A stretch of 45,127 nt of DNA from a virus. Positions 33,405 through 43,600 of this stretch are shown here, piece by piece. The stretch covers positions 1-45,127 of IMG/VR virus record IMGVR_UViG_3300035043_000056; one strand, given 5' to 3'. The position numbers were made by a program, and so were the translations under genes. Under the pieces are notes generated by a model. It had not been told where the DNA came from. It did not search any database and was given only the letters and a program-made list of their open reading frames with translations. The stretch's first letter is position 1. The number at the start of each line of letters is the position of its first letter.

Positions 33405-35522
33405 TTACTGGATATTATCTACCGGTTGTGTATAGCCAGGTTGGGGTCCAGGTTCGTTTGTCTGTGTCGAGGTTTGATTAGTCGCACCTTCACCTCCTTG
33501 GGCCGCTGGATCGTCTTCAGTGCCAGCCGCGCCAGCCACCGCAGGTTTACCCATCTGCGCGTTAATTGCTTGAATTGATGGCATTCCTTCAACAATGATG
33601 TCATCGAGATCGATTTCCAGCAGATTTGCGTATCTACGGCCCAACGGGAAGGGGTTTACACCAGGAAGCTGCAACAGATACGGCATTCCGCGCTCCATAT
33701 TTGCCAGTTCTGCGGCCTTGTTCGGGCGACCGGAAGATCCGGCGCGAACTTTGAGGAAGATCTGCTTGGCAACGGTTTCACGGTCCATTTCAGGCCATAC
33801 CGCGCCAACCCCGACAATCTCTTCGACTGTTTCCACGGAAAGCTCCATAATCAAAAGCTGACCGAGCGCACCGAAAACATCGGTTAAGAATTCATCAAGG
33901 TCATCAACGTTCGATGACAAAGTGGACATGCGAGAACCTTCAGCAATCGAGCTTTCGGTCGCTGTCGCACCGGACACACCACCAATATTGGCTTCCTGAA
34001 CCCCGACAATGCGAAGAGTGTCTTCCATCTCGGAATTGGTTTCATAAAGCGCAGGATCAATCGGAACACTTTCAAAACGCTGAACGAGATCCGCAATCTT
34101 TTCACCCTGACCCAAACTCTCGAACTCAATAACAGCATGTGCCGGTGCGTTCGATAATTTTTCCTTGTCATTATCAGACAAGCGACCTTTGACTGCCGCG
34201 TATTTCGGCTTGTTCGCTTCACGATGAAGGCGACGATATTCGCGGGATCTGTTATATTCAGCCTGAACATGTTTGAGCATGTGAACATCGGACAACGGAT
34301 AAAGATCGGTTTCGCTTTCAACATCGTTGAATGTCTGTGCAAAAATAGGCCAGAATCCTTCCATCCAGTAATCCGGCTCTTTTGGTTTTACCAAGTGACC
34401 AGGATAACCATCTGCGATGGTGAATGTTTGCTGAAGTTCTTTATTATAAACTTCCCAAATGCAAACCATTCCAGCTTCTTTTGAATGTTTGGAACCAGCG
34501 TCATCGCTGTCTGCGCGGCGATGATATTCAGCAATCTCACCTTTTCCATCCTGCTTGTATGCGGTGAAGCTCTTACCAAGGTCAACATTATAGATTTTCT
34601 TCACCTCGTCAGGTGATTTGTGAAATTCACGAGCAACCCATCCTGCACCGATGAAACCCATCAACTGTGTACAGCGTGGATCAACAATAATCTCGGTTGC
34701 ACGAGGGAACATAAATTTCGGACCTTCGCGCACAATGATATTTTGTTTGTTTTCGAGATCCGCAATGATATTCTGAAGCTCAAATTCCTCACTCTTGCAG
34801 GAATCGTACATCTCACCATCAATGTAATCCTGCATCCGACGCTGAAGCTCACCGAGCTTGTTACGCGAATCTTCTAGGCTTGATGTTTCATCCGGTGAAA
34901 GTTCTGCATACTCACGCTGGAAGCCGAGCATCACATACGAAACACCACAGGTCTTTGCGCGGCGAACGAAGGCTTTCATCAAAGGTTTCAGGCGAGGTTT
35001 TTGTTCGTTGGCATAATAGTCGAAAAGGATCTCCAACGTGCGCCCGATCTTTTTGAGCATTTCATATTTCTGGCGACCTTGCTCAATGTCCTGGACCATT
35101 GCTGCCGCATTCGGATCACCCGCCATCGCGTTTTGTAGCGCAGCCATCGCTGTGTCGGGTTTTTCATCCCACATCTTGTAATCCAACGTTTTGCGCTTCT
35201 CTGCTGTCGCTGTCGGGTTTTTAGCGTAAAGTGATGCAACCGCCTGGTTCAAATACTGGTTGATGATCGGAACAGTGTAGTTTCCACCGTCAACCCATTC
35301 TTTAGAACCACCTTGACGCGCAACCATCATGTCTTCGCGCATCCGTTTGAAATCTTTTTCAAAATATTTTTTAGAAGCAAGGATCTTTTGCTGCCATTTT
35401 TTGACAGATTGTTCTTCAGCCGGATCGAGTGTCGGGGTTTCGCGCTGCATACCGCTTTGCGATTTACCGGTATCGTCACCACCTAACATGTCTTCGAGAG
35501 ATAAATCAGCCACAGCTACCAT
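33405..35522 (-). CDS. Portal protein
   Basis: 705-aa ORF overlapping the TerL stop, with an acidic Gly/Ala-rich C-terminal tail. This is the canonical portal position. Confidence 0.82.
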   Translation of the reverse strand: MVAVADLSLEDMLGGDDTGKSQSGMQRETPTLDPAEEQSVKKWQQKILASKKYFEKDFKRMREDMMVARQGGSKEWVDGGNYTVPIINQYLNQAVASLYAKNPTATAEKRKTLDYKMWDEKPDTAMAALQNAMAGDPNAAAMVQDIEQGRQKYEMLKKIGRTLEILFDYYANEQKPRLKPLMKAFVRRAKTCGVSYVMLGFQREYAELSPDETSSLEDSRNKLGELQRRMQDYIDGEMYDSCKSEEFELQNIIADLENKQNIIVREGPKFMFPRATEIIVDPRCTQLMGFIGAGWVAREFHKSPDEVKKIYNVDLGKSFTAYKQDGKGEIAEYHRRADSDDAGSKHSKEAGMVCIWEVYNKELQQTFTIADGYPGHLVKPKEPDYWMEGFWPIFAQTFNDVESETDLYPLSDVHMLKHVQAEYNRSREYRRLHREANKPKYAAVKGRLSDNDKEKLSNAPAHAVIEFESLGQGEKIADLVQRFESVPIDPALYETNSEMEDTLRIVGVQEANIGGVSGATATESSIAEGSRMSTLSSNVDDLDEFLTDVFGALGQLLIMELSVETVEEIVGVGAVWPEMDRETVAKQIFLKVRAGSSGRPNKAAELANMERGMPYLLQLPGVNPFPLGRRYANLLEIDLDDIIVEGMPSIQAINAQMGKPAVAGAAGTEDDPAAQGGEGATNQTSTQTNEPGPQPGYTQPVDNIQ

Positions 35523-37183
35523 CCTTTAGATTGAAGTTCTTGCCGCTTTTGATTTTCACTCGCATGAATAACCCAAGCAGCCGTACCCGTTTTCGGGGCA
35601 TTGCTCTTAGGTGGACGGTAAGAACTTGCAGCAAGTTCCTTGACCAATCCTAAACCAATCCATGCTAACCAGTCAACGAAATCATCATTCGCGGCATAGG
35701 GAAATCTTAATAATTGATTTTTTGCGTCTTGAAACCAAGGTGCGAAGGCGGGAAAATGGACTTTTTTCATCGCCATGCGGCCCTGGATCGACCGAGCGCG
35801 GGTCATTTTGTCTTTTGAAGGCACTACAGGGTCAATCAAGGTGTAAATTCGCTCTTCAATCATGCGCTTCCGTAAAAACGGCCCAAACGACTTCGAGATC
35901 AACTCGCTTTCAAGCCAGTGACACGATGGTTTGCGCTTTCTGAACATCATCAAAAGCTCTTCGACTGTGCGGTCGGTTTCCATCGCTTGCCACACTAGGT
36001 CAGGCATGATCCAAATATCGTCATTGGCATCAACACCAACCGATCCAATGACAGTTTTGTCGCGTGTCTGCTTCGCGCTCACGGCATGATCAGATGCAGA
36101 ATAAAAACGAAGTGTTTTCGGCACCTCATCCATCGAATTATATTCGACAAGCATGTCGCTGGTGAAATACATCCCGTCTTCAGGTGTCGGAGATCCCATC
36201 ACCAACGCAGAGAATGATCGCGGATCGCCGCGCTTCCATTGTGCGAAGAATTCGAGCGATTTTTCATTGGGCCAAAGCGCGGTGCATGGCGCGGTGCCGA
36301 ACTGATCGATGATCTTTTGATCAAACTGCTTCTGTAACTTCAGACCAAGAGCTTTTGCAAGTCGGTCATCACGGATCACACCTGGGATGTTCATAAATTC
36401 CCAATCATCAGCGATACCTGCGAAGCGTTTATTGCGCTCAGGATGCGTCGGATCACACAAACGACCGATCAAGTCGTCCTCGTTCCAACGGGTATGGATC
36501 ACACAGATCTTTGTTTTGTTGGAACCACGAGAGTAAGCGATTTTGAAGAACCATGACCAGATCTTCTCCAAATGTTGTGGTGTGAATTCATCATCGTCAC
36601 CTTTGAACGGGTCATCGATGATGATGTAATCTGCTGTACGACCTGTGATCGTACCACCGACACCGATAAAGAAAATCTTCCCGCCTTTTTTGTTCTGCAT
36701 GAAAGATTTCGACTTGGCATCAGCCATAAATTCGGTTTCAGGAAAAATCTGCCGGTAAACGGGCCGGTCTTTAATCATCTGCCGGAATTCGTGACCAAGC
36801 TCGTCTGCGCGGGTTTGGTTGTAGGTCACAACAACGATATTTTTACGAGGATTCTTACCCCAAATCCACGAAAGGCCGATTTGCGAAAAGTGGATGGTTT
36901 TACCATGTTGTGGTGGGATCGAAACAGCGATCCTCTTCGATTTTCCGCTTTCAAAACGCTCAACAATGTCGCAAAGCATTTTTGCGTGACCGGTGCGCTG
37001 ATATTCTGTCTTACGGGTGTCATCGGGATCTGATGTGTCAGGCATCATAAGATGACAATAATCCTGCATCTTATTTTTCGCCTCACCAATCATATACTGA
37101 CGGTGTGTTAGAAGGATCTCGCGCTCGATGTGATCGGTCGATAAATGTGAAAGATCTGGTGAGCCTGTATTAGCGTTCAACAT
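35516..37183 (-). CDS. terL: Terminase large subunit
   Basis: Walker A-like SIPPQHGKT, Walker B YIIIDDPF, coupling motif VIHTRW, and a C-terminal RNase H-like nuclease (YSASDHAVS ... NDDFVD). Confidence 0.9.
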   Translation of the reverse strand: MLNANTGSPDLSHLSTDHIEREILLTHRQYMIGEAKNKMQDYCHLMMPDTSDPDDTRKTEYQRTGHAKMLCDIVERFESGKSKRIAVSIPPQHGKTIHFSQIGLSWIWGKNPRKNIVVVTYNQTRADELGHEFRQMIKDRPVYRQIFPETEFMADAKSKSFMQNKKGGKIFFIGVGGTITGRTADYIIIDDPFKGDDDEFTPQHLEKIWSWFFKIAYSRGSNKTKICVIHTRWNEDDLIGRLCDPTHPERNKRFAGIADDWEFMNIPGVIRDDRLAKALGLKLQKQFDQKIIDQFGTAPCTALWPNEKSLEFFAQWKRGDPRSFSALVMGSPTPEDGMYFTSDMLVEYNSMDEVPKTLRFYSASDHAVSAKQTRDKTVIGSVGVDANDDIWIMPDLVWQAMETDRTVEELLMMFRKRKPSCHWLESELISKSFGPFLRKRMIEERIYTLIDPVVPSKDKMTRARSIQGRMAMKKVHFPAFAPWFQDAKNQLLRFPYAANDDFVDWLAWIGLGLVKELAASSYRPPKSNAPKTGTAAWVIHASENQKRQELQSKGW

Positions 37184-37433
37184 CGACCTTCATTCCTAAT
37201 GCTGCACGAGCCTGATCGCGCATCCGTCCAAAATCATTGACCATCTGGCAGAGCATCGGAACCTTGTCGCAAAAGTTTTCCATCTCAGTCGCAGCCTGGT
37301 CTTGCTGTGCGGGTGTGTATTGCTTTACAGCCGGTACGACCAGTTTATCTGTCTTGACATCAAGATCAGAAGGTGTGGTTCCGCAACCGGCGCACAGTAA
37401 CGCTGTTGTCAATAGGAGCGTTTTGAATTTCAT
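37170..37433 (-). CDS. Outer-membrane spanin lipoprotein (Rz1-like)
   Basis: MKFKTLLLTTALLCAGC is a signal peptide with a lipobox-like end. It overlaps the 3' end of the i-spanin gene by 68 nt in another frame. Confidence 0.72.
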   Translation of the reverse strand: MKFKTLLLTTALLCAGCGTTPSDLDVKTDKLVVPAVKQYTPAQQDQAATEMENFCDKVPMLCQMVNDFGRMRDQARAALGMKVDVER

Positions 37434-37638
37434 CTTGCTTCGCTTTCACATCCAGTTTTTGATCGACCGCTTCAAGAGTTGCCTCTTTATGATCTGCCTC
37501 ACACCAATTATAACCCCAATCCTGAATTTTATAAACGGTAAATCCCAACAAACCCAAAATAAGGGCTACCGAGATCCCGATCACCCAGGGTTTTGCTGGT
37601 GCTGGAAGGAAAGCCCAAAGCCATTTTAACAGTTTCAT
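37366..37638 (-). CDS. Inner-membrane spanin (Rz-like)
   Basis: ATG at 37638 follows GGGAGA. An N-terminal TM (WVIGISVALILGLLGFTV) is followed by a charged helical periplasmic part. Confidence 0.7.
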   Translation of the reverse strand: MKLLKWLWAFLPAPAKPWVIGISVALILGLLGFTVYKIQDWGYNWCEADHKEATLEAVDQKLDVKAKQDEIQNAPIDNSVTVRRLRNHTF

Positions 37639-38090
37639 AACTTTCTCCCTTTTAACCACCGCTGCACATCAAAAGAAGGACATTCTTTTTGTGCAAACTC
37701 ACGGTGTCCATGAGTTGTTGCCTTGGGATAAACACTCTTGATGAAACGAAGGGTGCTTTCCAGTGTTTCAAATTGTTTCAGAGTAAAGTTATTTTCAGCC
37801 TTCCCGTCATCACCTTTACCGCCAACCATACAGATCGCAATCGACGCACCATTATAACCAACGGTATGTGCGCCAACTTCTTCAAAAATGTCACCATCTT
37901 TGTCGAGATCACGGCCCGTTTCGAGGGTTCCATCGCGCCGGATGACAAAGTGATAACCGATGTCTTTCCAGCCGCGCTCTTCGGTGTGCCATTTACGAAT
38001 TTCCTCAGCACCAATATCCATTCTGGCATAGGTATCCGAACAATGGATGATAATCTGTTTGACTTTGCGCGTGTTACTTTGTTTTTCCAT
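37635..38090 (-). CDS. N-acetylmuramoyl-L-alanine amidase endolysin (T7 lysozyme / PGRP fold)
   Basis: IIIHCSDT...WHTEERGWKDIGYHFVIRRDG...GAHTVGYN...HGHREFAQKECPSFD are Amidase_2 zinc and catalytic motifs. I prefer the ATG at 38090 (151 aa). Confidence 0.9.
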   Translation of the reverse strand: MEKQSNTRKVKQIIIHCSDTYARMDIGAEEIRKWHTEERGWKDIGYHFVIRRDGTLETGRDLDKDGDIFEEVGAHTVGYNGASIAICMVGGKGDDGKAENNFTLKQFETLESTLRFIKSVYPKATTHGHREFAQKECPSFDVQRWLKGRKL

Positions 38091-38313
38091 TGTCATCATC
38101 CTTCTGTGAGGCGCGGAGATAACCCCAAACAGGCAGTCCCGCCACTGTTGAAACAAATCCGAGATACGCAACCACTTTTGCTGCATCAAGACCCCATGCT
38201 ACATCGCAGAACAATACTATCCCGCCCCATAATACAGCATAAATGGTCACAAAAACAGCAAGTCTTCGCCGGTTGTAAAAACGGTCGTCTGAAATATGCT
38301 TAAATCCAAGCAT
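38074..38313 (-). CDS. Class II-like holin (79 aa, two TM helices)
   Basis: ATG at 38313 is coupled (TAATG) to the upstream gene. It has two hydrophobic helices and a charged tail, SQKDDDNGKTK. Confidence 0.62.
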   Translation of the reverse strand: MLGFKHISDDRFYNRRRLAVFVTIYAVLWGGIVLFCDVAWGLDAAKVVAYLGFVSTVAGLPVWGYLRASQKDDDNGKTK

Positions 38314-38642
38314 TAGATACCTCCATGTGTCACCAACCATCCGATCCCTGCCGTTAAAAGTGCGGTTACAAAAATCCACGCAGCCCTCTCAATACGAGTG
38401 CTGATTGCCTTACTGCCGATGTCGCTCTTCTCGACCTCAACGAGCCTGTTCTGAAGCTGAAACAGCCACTCGGTTTTCTTTTGGTCTGCTTCCAAAAGAC
38501 GAACAACTCGTTCTTCCGTCCGAGCCATCTGCACGAACGCTGTTTGCATAGCGTCAACCTTTCCTTCGATGCGGTTCATCTGCGTCATCATCTGAGTAAC
38601 CAGGGGATCTTGATAAACCCCATTCATCTTGTTATCTGGCAT
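38313..38642 (-). CDS. Coiled-coil protein with C-terminal TM anchor (lysis-cassette associated)
   Basis: 109-aa ORF with a C-terminal AAWIFVTALLTAGIGWLV. It lies between the tailspike and the holin. Confidence 0.6.
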   Translation of the reverse strand: MPDNKMNGVYQDPLVTQMMTQMNRIEGKVDAMQTAFVQMARTEERVVRLLEADQKKTEWLFQLQNRLVEVEKSDIGSKAISTRIERAAWIFVTALLTAGIGWLVTHGGI

Positions 38643-38660
38643 CTTACCGTTCTCCCTTCA

Positions 38661-40670
38661 TTAAGCCGGTGGTGGATCTGCTACTGCTTTAACGCAATAG
38701 AGATCGACCGATGCCACCGCCACCTGAATTTCCGAATTGAATGTTTTCAAATTCGAAGAAACATAGAGTGTCGGATTAGTCGTATTGCGCGTTGCGAATA
38801 GAATTTCTTTTTCGTCTTCACCACCTGGATCATAAATAGAATAAGAAAAAGCGTCCTGATAGCTACCCGAAACACTGAAGGTATAATTTGCACCACTGTC
38901 ATTCTGCGCCCAGGTCAAACCATCTGAACTTTCATACACACCAATCGTAGCAGAATGCGCGATAAACTGTCCAAGAACATCACTGTAAAACACATAATAA
39001 AAACCATCAAATGTGTTGAGATTTTGTTCTTCCAAAGTCCATGACGTTCCATTCGAGGAAGACTGAATACCACAGTCATCACCAACCGCAACCCACAGTC
39101 CTTCGGTTGCTGAATAACAAATGGATTGAAGACGATCAGTGTTTGTATCGGGATTTCGATCAGTCCATGTTCCACCGGTCGAGTTCGATGATTTAATGTG
39201 ATCAAAAGAGCTATCACCTACAGCGACAACCATGTCAACACCGTTGTCTGCAAACGCATAACAACCACCGGCACCCGCCTGAGTGAAGACATACGAAAAT
39301 GCAGCACCATCTGTCGAACGAGCAATGTCATTGCCGTTACCGACAAATGTGTCTTGTAAAAAGTCGCAATAATGAATGCCGTAATTTGTGCCGCTGCCTA
39401 CAATATCACCAGTACACGCTGTCCATGTCGCACCATCATCATCACTATAATAACCACCGTTATTCAATGTTGCTGACACCAGAATAATCCAGCGATCCTG
39501 GTTGCTGTCATGGGTGATCGCAACGACATTCCTAGAATCAGCACTTTCAAAAAGATAATTGCTATAGGTCGAAATGTTGGTTGTCGTGATCGTATAAATA
39601 CCAGCATTATCATAACCAAATAGAATATAGTCACCGTTTACACTATCATAGGCGAGTGCGTTATTTGATGTGAGATCGATACCAAGACCTGTTGAATTTG
39701 CAGTCCATGACGATGATGCACCGGTAGTCGAAGTTAAAAAATATGTTTGGTTAAAACCATTAGAACCTGATGCAACAAATTGAGAGCCATCCCAAATAAT
39801 ACCACCAGCCACATAAGCAAAACTTGCTTCAGTTCGTGTCCATGTTGCACCATTATCCGTTGAGCGATGAACCTCACCACCAAAATGTGTGACAATAACC
39901 CATGTTCCAGATCCATCAGTCGCAACATCAAATACGTCTTCCGTGGAAGATGATCCTAATGCTGAAACCGTAAATGTGGCACCATGATCAGTGGAATAAG
40001 CGACATACCCATCTTCCCCACCAACAACGACATTACCAGAACCATCATGTGTCACACAAACACCATCACTGAAGCTCGATGTCACATCAACACGCGCACT
40101 GGAAATTTCGGACCAGTTGGTTCCATCAGTCGATCTGTTCACACCAACATAATAAGTTGTGAAACCACTACTATAAAAAGTGACAACACAAACATAAGCG
40201 GAACCGGTCCAAACAACTTCACCTGTGCCACCACTACTGATCCTTCCACCCGCAATCGGGGTCAGGGTAGTCGATGTCCAGCTAGAACCACCGTTTGTTG
40301 AATAATAAAAATTATTACTCGCAGAAATCCACAAACGACCATTTGCATAGCTGAGTGAATTTGTTCCACAAAAAGAGGAAGGAAGATTGCCGGTGATATT
40401 CGTCCACGTTGCACCTGCATCATCCGATGTCCAAAACTCCTGAGAGCTTGTGACATCGTTCCGCATGTGAACCCACCAAGTTCCATTATTGTCAGTGACA
40501 ATTTTATATGACCGACCATCCGTGGGTGCATAAGGTAACGGTCTTAATGTCCATGACGCACCAGCATTGTCGGAGAACCAGATATTCCCCGCCTGTCCAC
40601 CAGTCATAATCCGACCTTGCCAGCTTGCCGGTGGTTCACCTCCAAAATGTGTGGTAGGAAACGTGAACAT
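38661..40670 (-). CDS. BNR/Asp-box repeat beta-propeller tailspike (sialidase/glycosidase-like)
   Basis: About 11 S-x-D-x-G-x-(T/S)-W boxes, for example SDNAGASW, SDDAGATW, STNGGSSW, STDGTNW, STDNGATW, SDDDGATW and SSDGLTW. Confidence 0.8.
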   Translation of the reverse strand: MFTFPTTHFGGEPPASWQGRIMTGGQAGNIWFSDNAGASWTLRPLPYAPTDGRSYKIVTDNNGTWWVHMRNDVTSSQEFWTSDDAGATWTNITGNLPSSFCGTNSLSYANGRLWISASNNFYYSTNGGSSWTSTTLTPIAGGRISSGGTGEVVWTGSAYVCVVTFYSSGFTTYYVGVNRSTDGTNWSEISSARVDVTSSFSDGVCVTHDGSGNVVVGGEDGYVAYSTDHGATFTVSALGSSSTEDVFDVATDGSGTWVIVTHFGGEVHRSTDNGATWTRTEASFAYVAGGIIWDGSQFVASGSNGFNQTYFLTSTTGASSSWTANSTGLGIDLTSNNALAYDSVNGDYILFGYDNAGIYTITTTNISTYSNYLFESADSRNVVAITHDSNQDRWIILVSATLNNGGYYSDDDGATWTACTGDIVGSGTNYGIHYCDFLQDTFVGNGNDIARSTDGAAFSYVFTQAGAGGCYAFADNGVDMVVAVGDSSFDHIKSSNSTGGTWTDRNPDTNTDRLQSICYSATEGLWVAVGDDCGIQSSSNGTSWTLEEQNLNTFDGFYYVFYSDVLGQFIAHSATIGVYESSDGLTWAQNDSGANYTFSVSGSYQDAFSYSIYDPGGEDEKEILFATRNTTNPTLYVSSNLKTFNSEIQVAVASVDLYCVKAVADPPPA

Positions 40671-40679
40671 TGAAACCCC

Positions 40680-43600
40680 TTATGCAAATGCCAACTGTGC
40701 CACACCGTACATATTCGTACCGTCAGACACAAAGGTTAGAATATCGACTGCACCTGCGCCTGTTGAAAGTGTCGGTGCGACACCACCAGGCCATTTATAG
40801 TTGGCACCGTATCCAAGCGTTCTGCTGCCGGTGCCATCCTGAACAACACGAAGAATGTATGTGCCACCATTGACAGCATTCGTCGGGTTTGCAAGCGTCC
40901 GGTTGCCACCAAGGGTGACATGCGCGACCTGCTGAGTTGCAAGGTTCCAGTTGATCGTAGCACCGTCAGACAGACCTTGACTTCCAAAGTTCTGCTGCGC
41001 AGTGAAGGTTGTTGATGTCCCTGGTGCAACATAATCAGTGCCAGCAACCGCAGCCGAAAATGCTGAAGTACCGTTGCCTTTCAAAACACCAGTAAGAGTT
41101 GCCGCACCAGAACCGCCGTTTGCAACAGCAAGGGTGCCGGTCACTGCATTCGACTGTGCAAGGTTGACAGCACCAAAACCTAACGATGTGCCGGATCTAC
41201 GAAGAACCTGATGATCAGAACCGGCTGCGATGGAAGCCTGAACACCTGTTGAGTTCGCAGAACGGCCCGTCACAGAGAGCGCAGATCCGTTGACGAAGTT
41301 TGCAAAAAGAAGTGTGCCGGTCACACCTGAAGAAAGTGGAAGACCAGTACAACTTGTCAACACACCGGAAGCCGGTGTTCCAAGAGCAGGTGTCGTCAGT
41401 GTCGGAGAAGTGAGTGTTTTGTTGGTCAGTGTTTGCGTTGCCGCCAGCGTCACAACATTGTCACCTTCAACAGCAATCACACCAGCCGAAACGCGGGTGA
41501 TTGTAGTGTCGGAAGCATGACCAACATTGATTGCCGTGAATTGAGGCGAATCACCAGTGCCTAAACCAAGCGACGTTCTTGCGGTCGCACCACTCTCAGC
41601 AACCCATGTCGAGCCGTTACCAACGATGATATTTCCGTCCGTAACCGCAAGAGCCGCAATCGCAGCGAGATTTGTGCTATAAGCCTGAACAGAAGAGCCA
41701 ATGAGGTTCGCGGTTAGGATGTTGTTGCCTTCGATAGCCAGAACACCTGCTGAAACACGAGTGATGGTACTATCGGATGCGTGACCGACATTGACAGCCG
41801 TAAATTCAGGCGAGTTGGATGTACCAAGAGAAAGATTATCACGCGCTGTGGACGCATTATCGAGATCCGAGAGGTTATTTGCAACGAGAAGCGCACCAAC
41901 CGCAGAAGATGCAGCCGCAGCAAGCATCCAATAATCAGCTTCGTTGGTGCCGGTGCCAGGTCGATCATTCGCAAGGTCGGATGTGTGAGCCTGAAGACAG
42001 AAATAACTCGCACCATCATAGCTCACACAATCGCCGTACTGGTAAGCGGTCATGTCTGCCCATGCACCACGGAAAATCACACCACCGTCACCAGCAGATG
42101 CAATATAAATCGTCCAATCAGAGTGAGAGCCGGAACCCTCATAACGTTTGACGGAAACCTGAAGCGATGTGCCGGTGTAATCAGAAATTTGTCCGAAAAT
42201 ATAATCGTTCATCGGATCTGCATCCGAAACGATCATCACATACTGACCAACATTAAACTGCTTACCGGATTGTGTGGTGAATGTTTTGCTACCCAAGCCG
42301 ATTGTCACGCTCGTCGTTGATGTACCGCGCAAATTCGCAGCCGCCGCAGCCGCAATCGCAGCGTTTTCTTCGGCATTTTGAATATCAACAATATTCGCAG
42401 CAACCGTTTGCACATCTGCACTGATACCGGCAACCGTGGTCACATCTGTTGAAATTCCAGCCACCGTGGTCACGTTCGCACTGATACCGGCAACCGTGGT
42501 GACGTTTGCGCTGATACCGGCAACAGTCGTGACGTTCGCATTGATACCAGCGACCGTATTGACGTTCGTGATGTTTGTGGAAACGGTGTTGACAGATGCA
42601 ATATTCGTCGAAACAGTCGTGATCGGTGAAAGATTGGATGCAACCGTACTGACCGCGCTGCTGATACCGGCAACAGTGGTGACATTCGCAGAAATTCCCG
42701 AAACAGTCGTTACATCCGAACTGATAGATGAAACATTTGACACCGCTGCATCGATTGCAGCCACCGCAGCGATCTCTGTATCGATTGCAGCCACCGCAGC
42801 AAGATCAGCCTGGTTGATTGCAGTTGCAGCCGTAATATCAGCCGCGATGGATGCGACAGTTTGAACATCAGCATCGATTGCAGCCACCGCTGAAACATCC
42901 GAAGAGATCCCTGCCACAGTTCCAACATTCGCGCTGATACCTGCGACAGTCGTGACCGCATTATCGATTGCAGCTACCGCTGAAACATCAGTGTCGATTG
43001 CAGCGACCGCCTGGATTTCAGTCGAAATCGCAAGCACTGTCGAAATATCACCTGCAATCGCAGCAATACCGGCAAGATCACCCGCAACCGCTGCCACAGC
43101 TTCAATATCATCTTCGATAGCTGCAAGGCTCACGATTTTAGGTGCAAGGCCAGCAACAATTTCAACTTCAGTATCGATTGCAGCGACCGCATTCACACTT
43201 GTCAACGCACCGGCAACCGCCGTGACCTCAGCATTAATGACAGAAACAGTTTGAACATGAGTTGCGACACCCGCAACAGTCGTAACGTCGCTATCGATGC
43301 CAGCAACCGTGTTGATGTTCGTCGTGTTACCAGCAACAGTCGTGATATTCGCGCTGATCGGGCCGAGGGCTGTAATTTCAGTGTCAAGGCCAGCAACCGT
43401 GTTGATGTTCGTCGCATTTCCAGCCACGCTGGTCACGTTCGCAGCGATGCCAGCGACCGTATCGACATCACCTGCAATCGCACCGACCGCTGCAACGTTG
43501 CCAGCGATGCCAGCCACAGTCGTTACATCGCTATCGATTGCCGCAACTGCCGAGATCGCTGAAGAGATCGGGCCGAGGGCTGCAACAGAGGCCGCAATAC

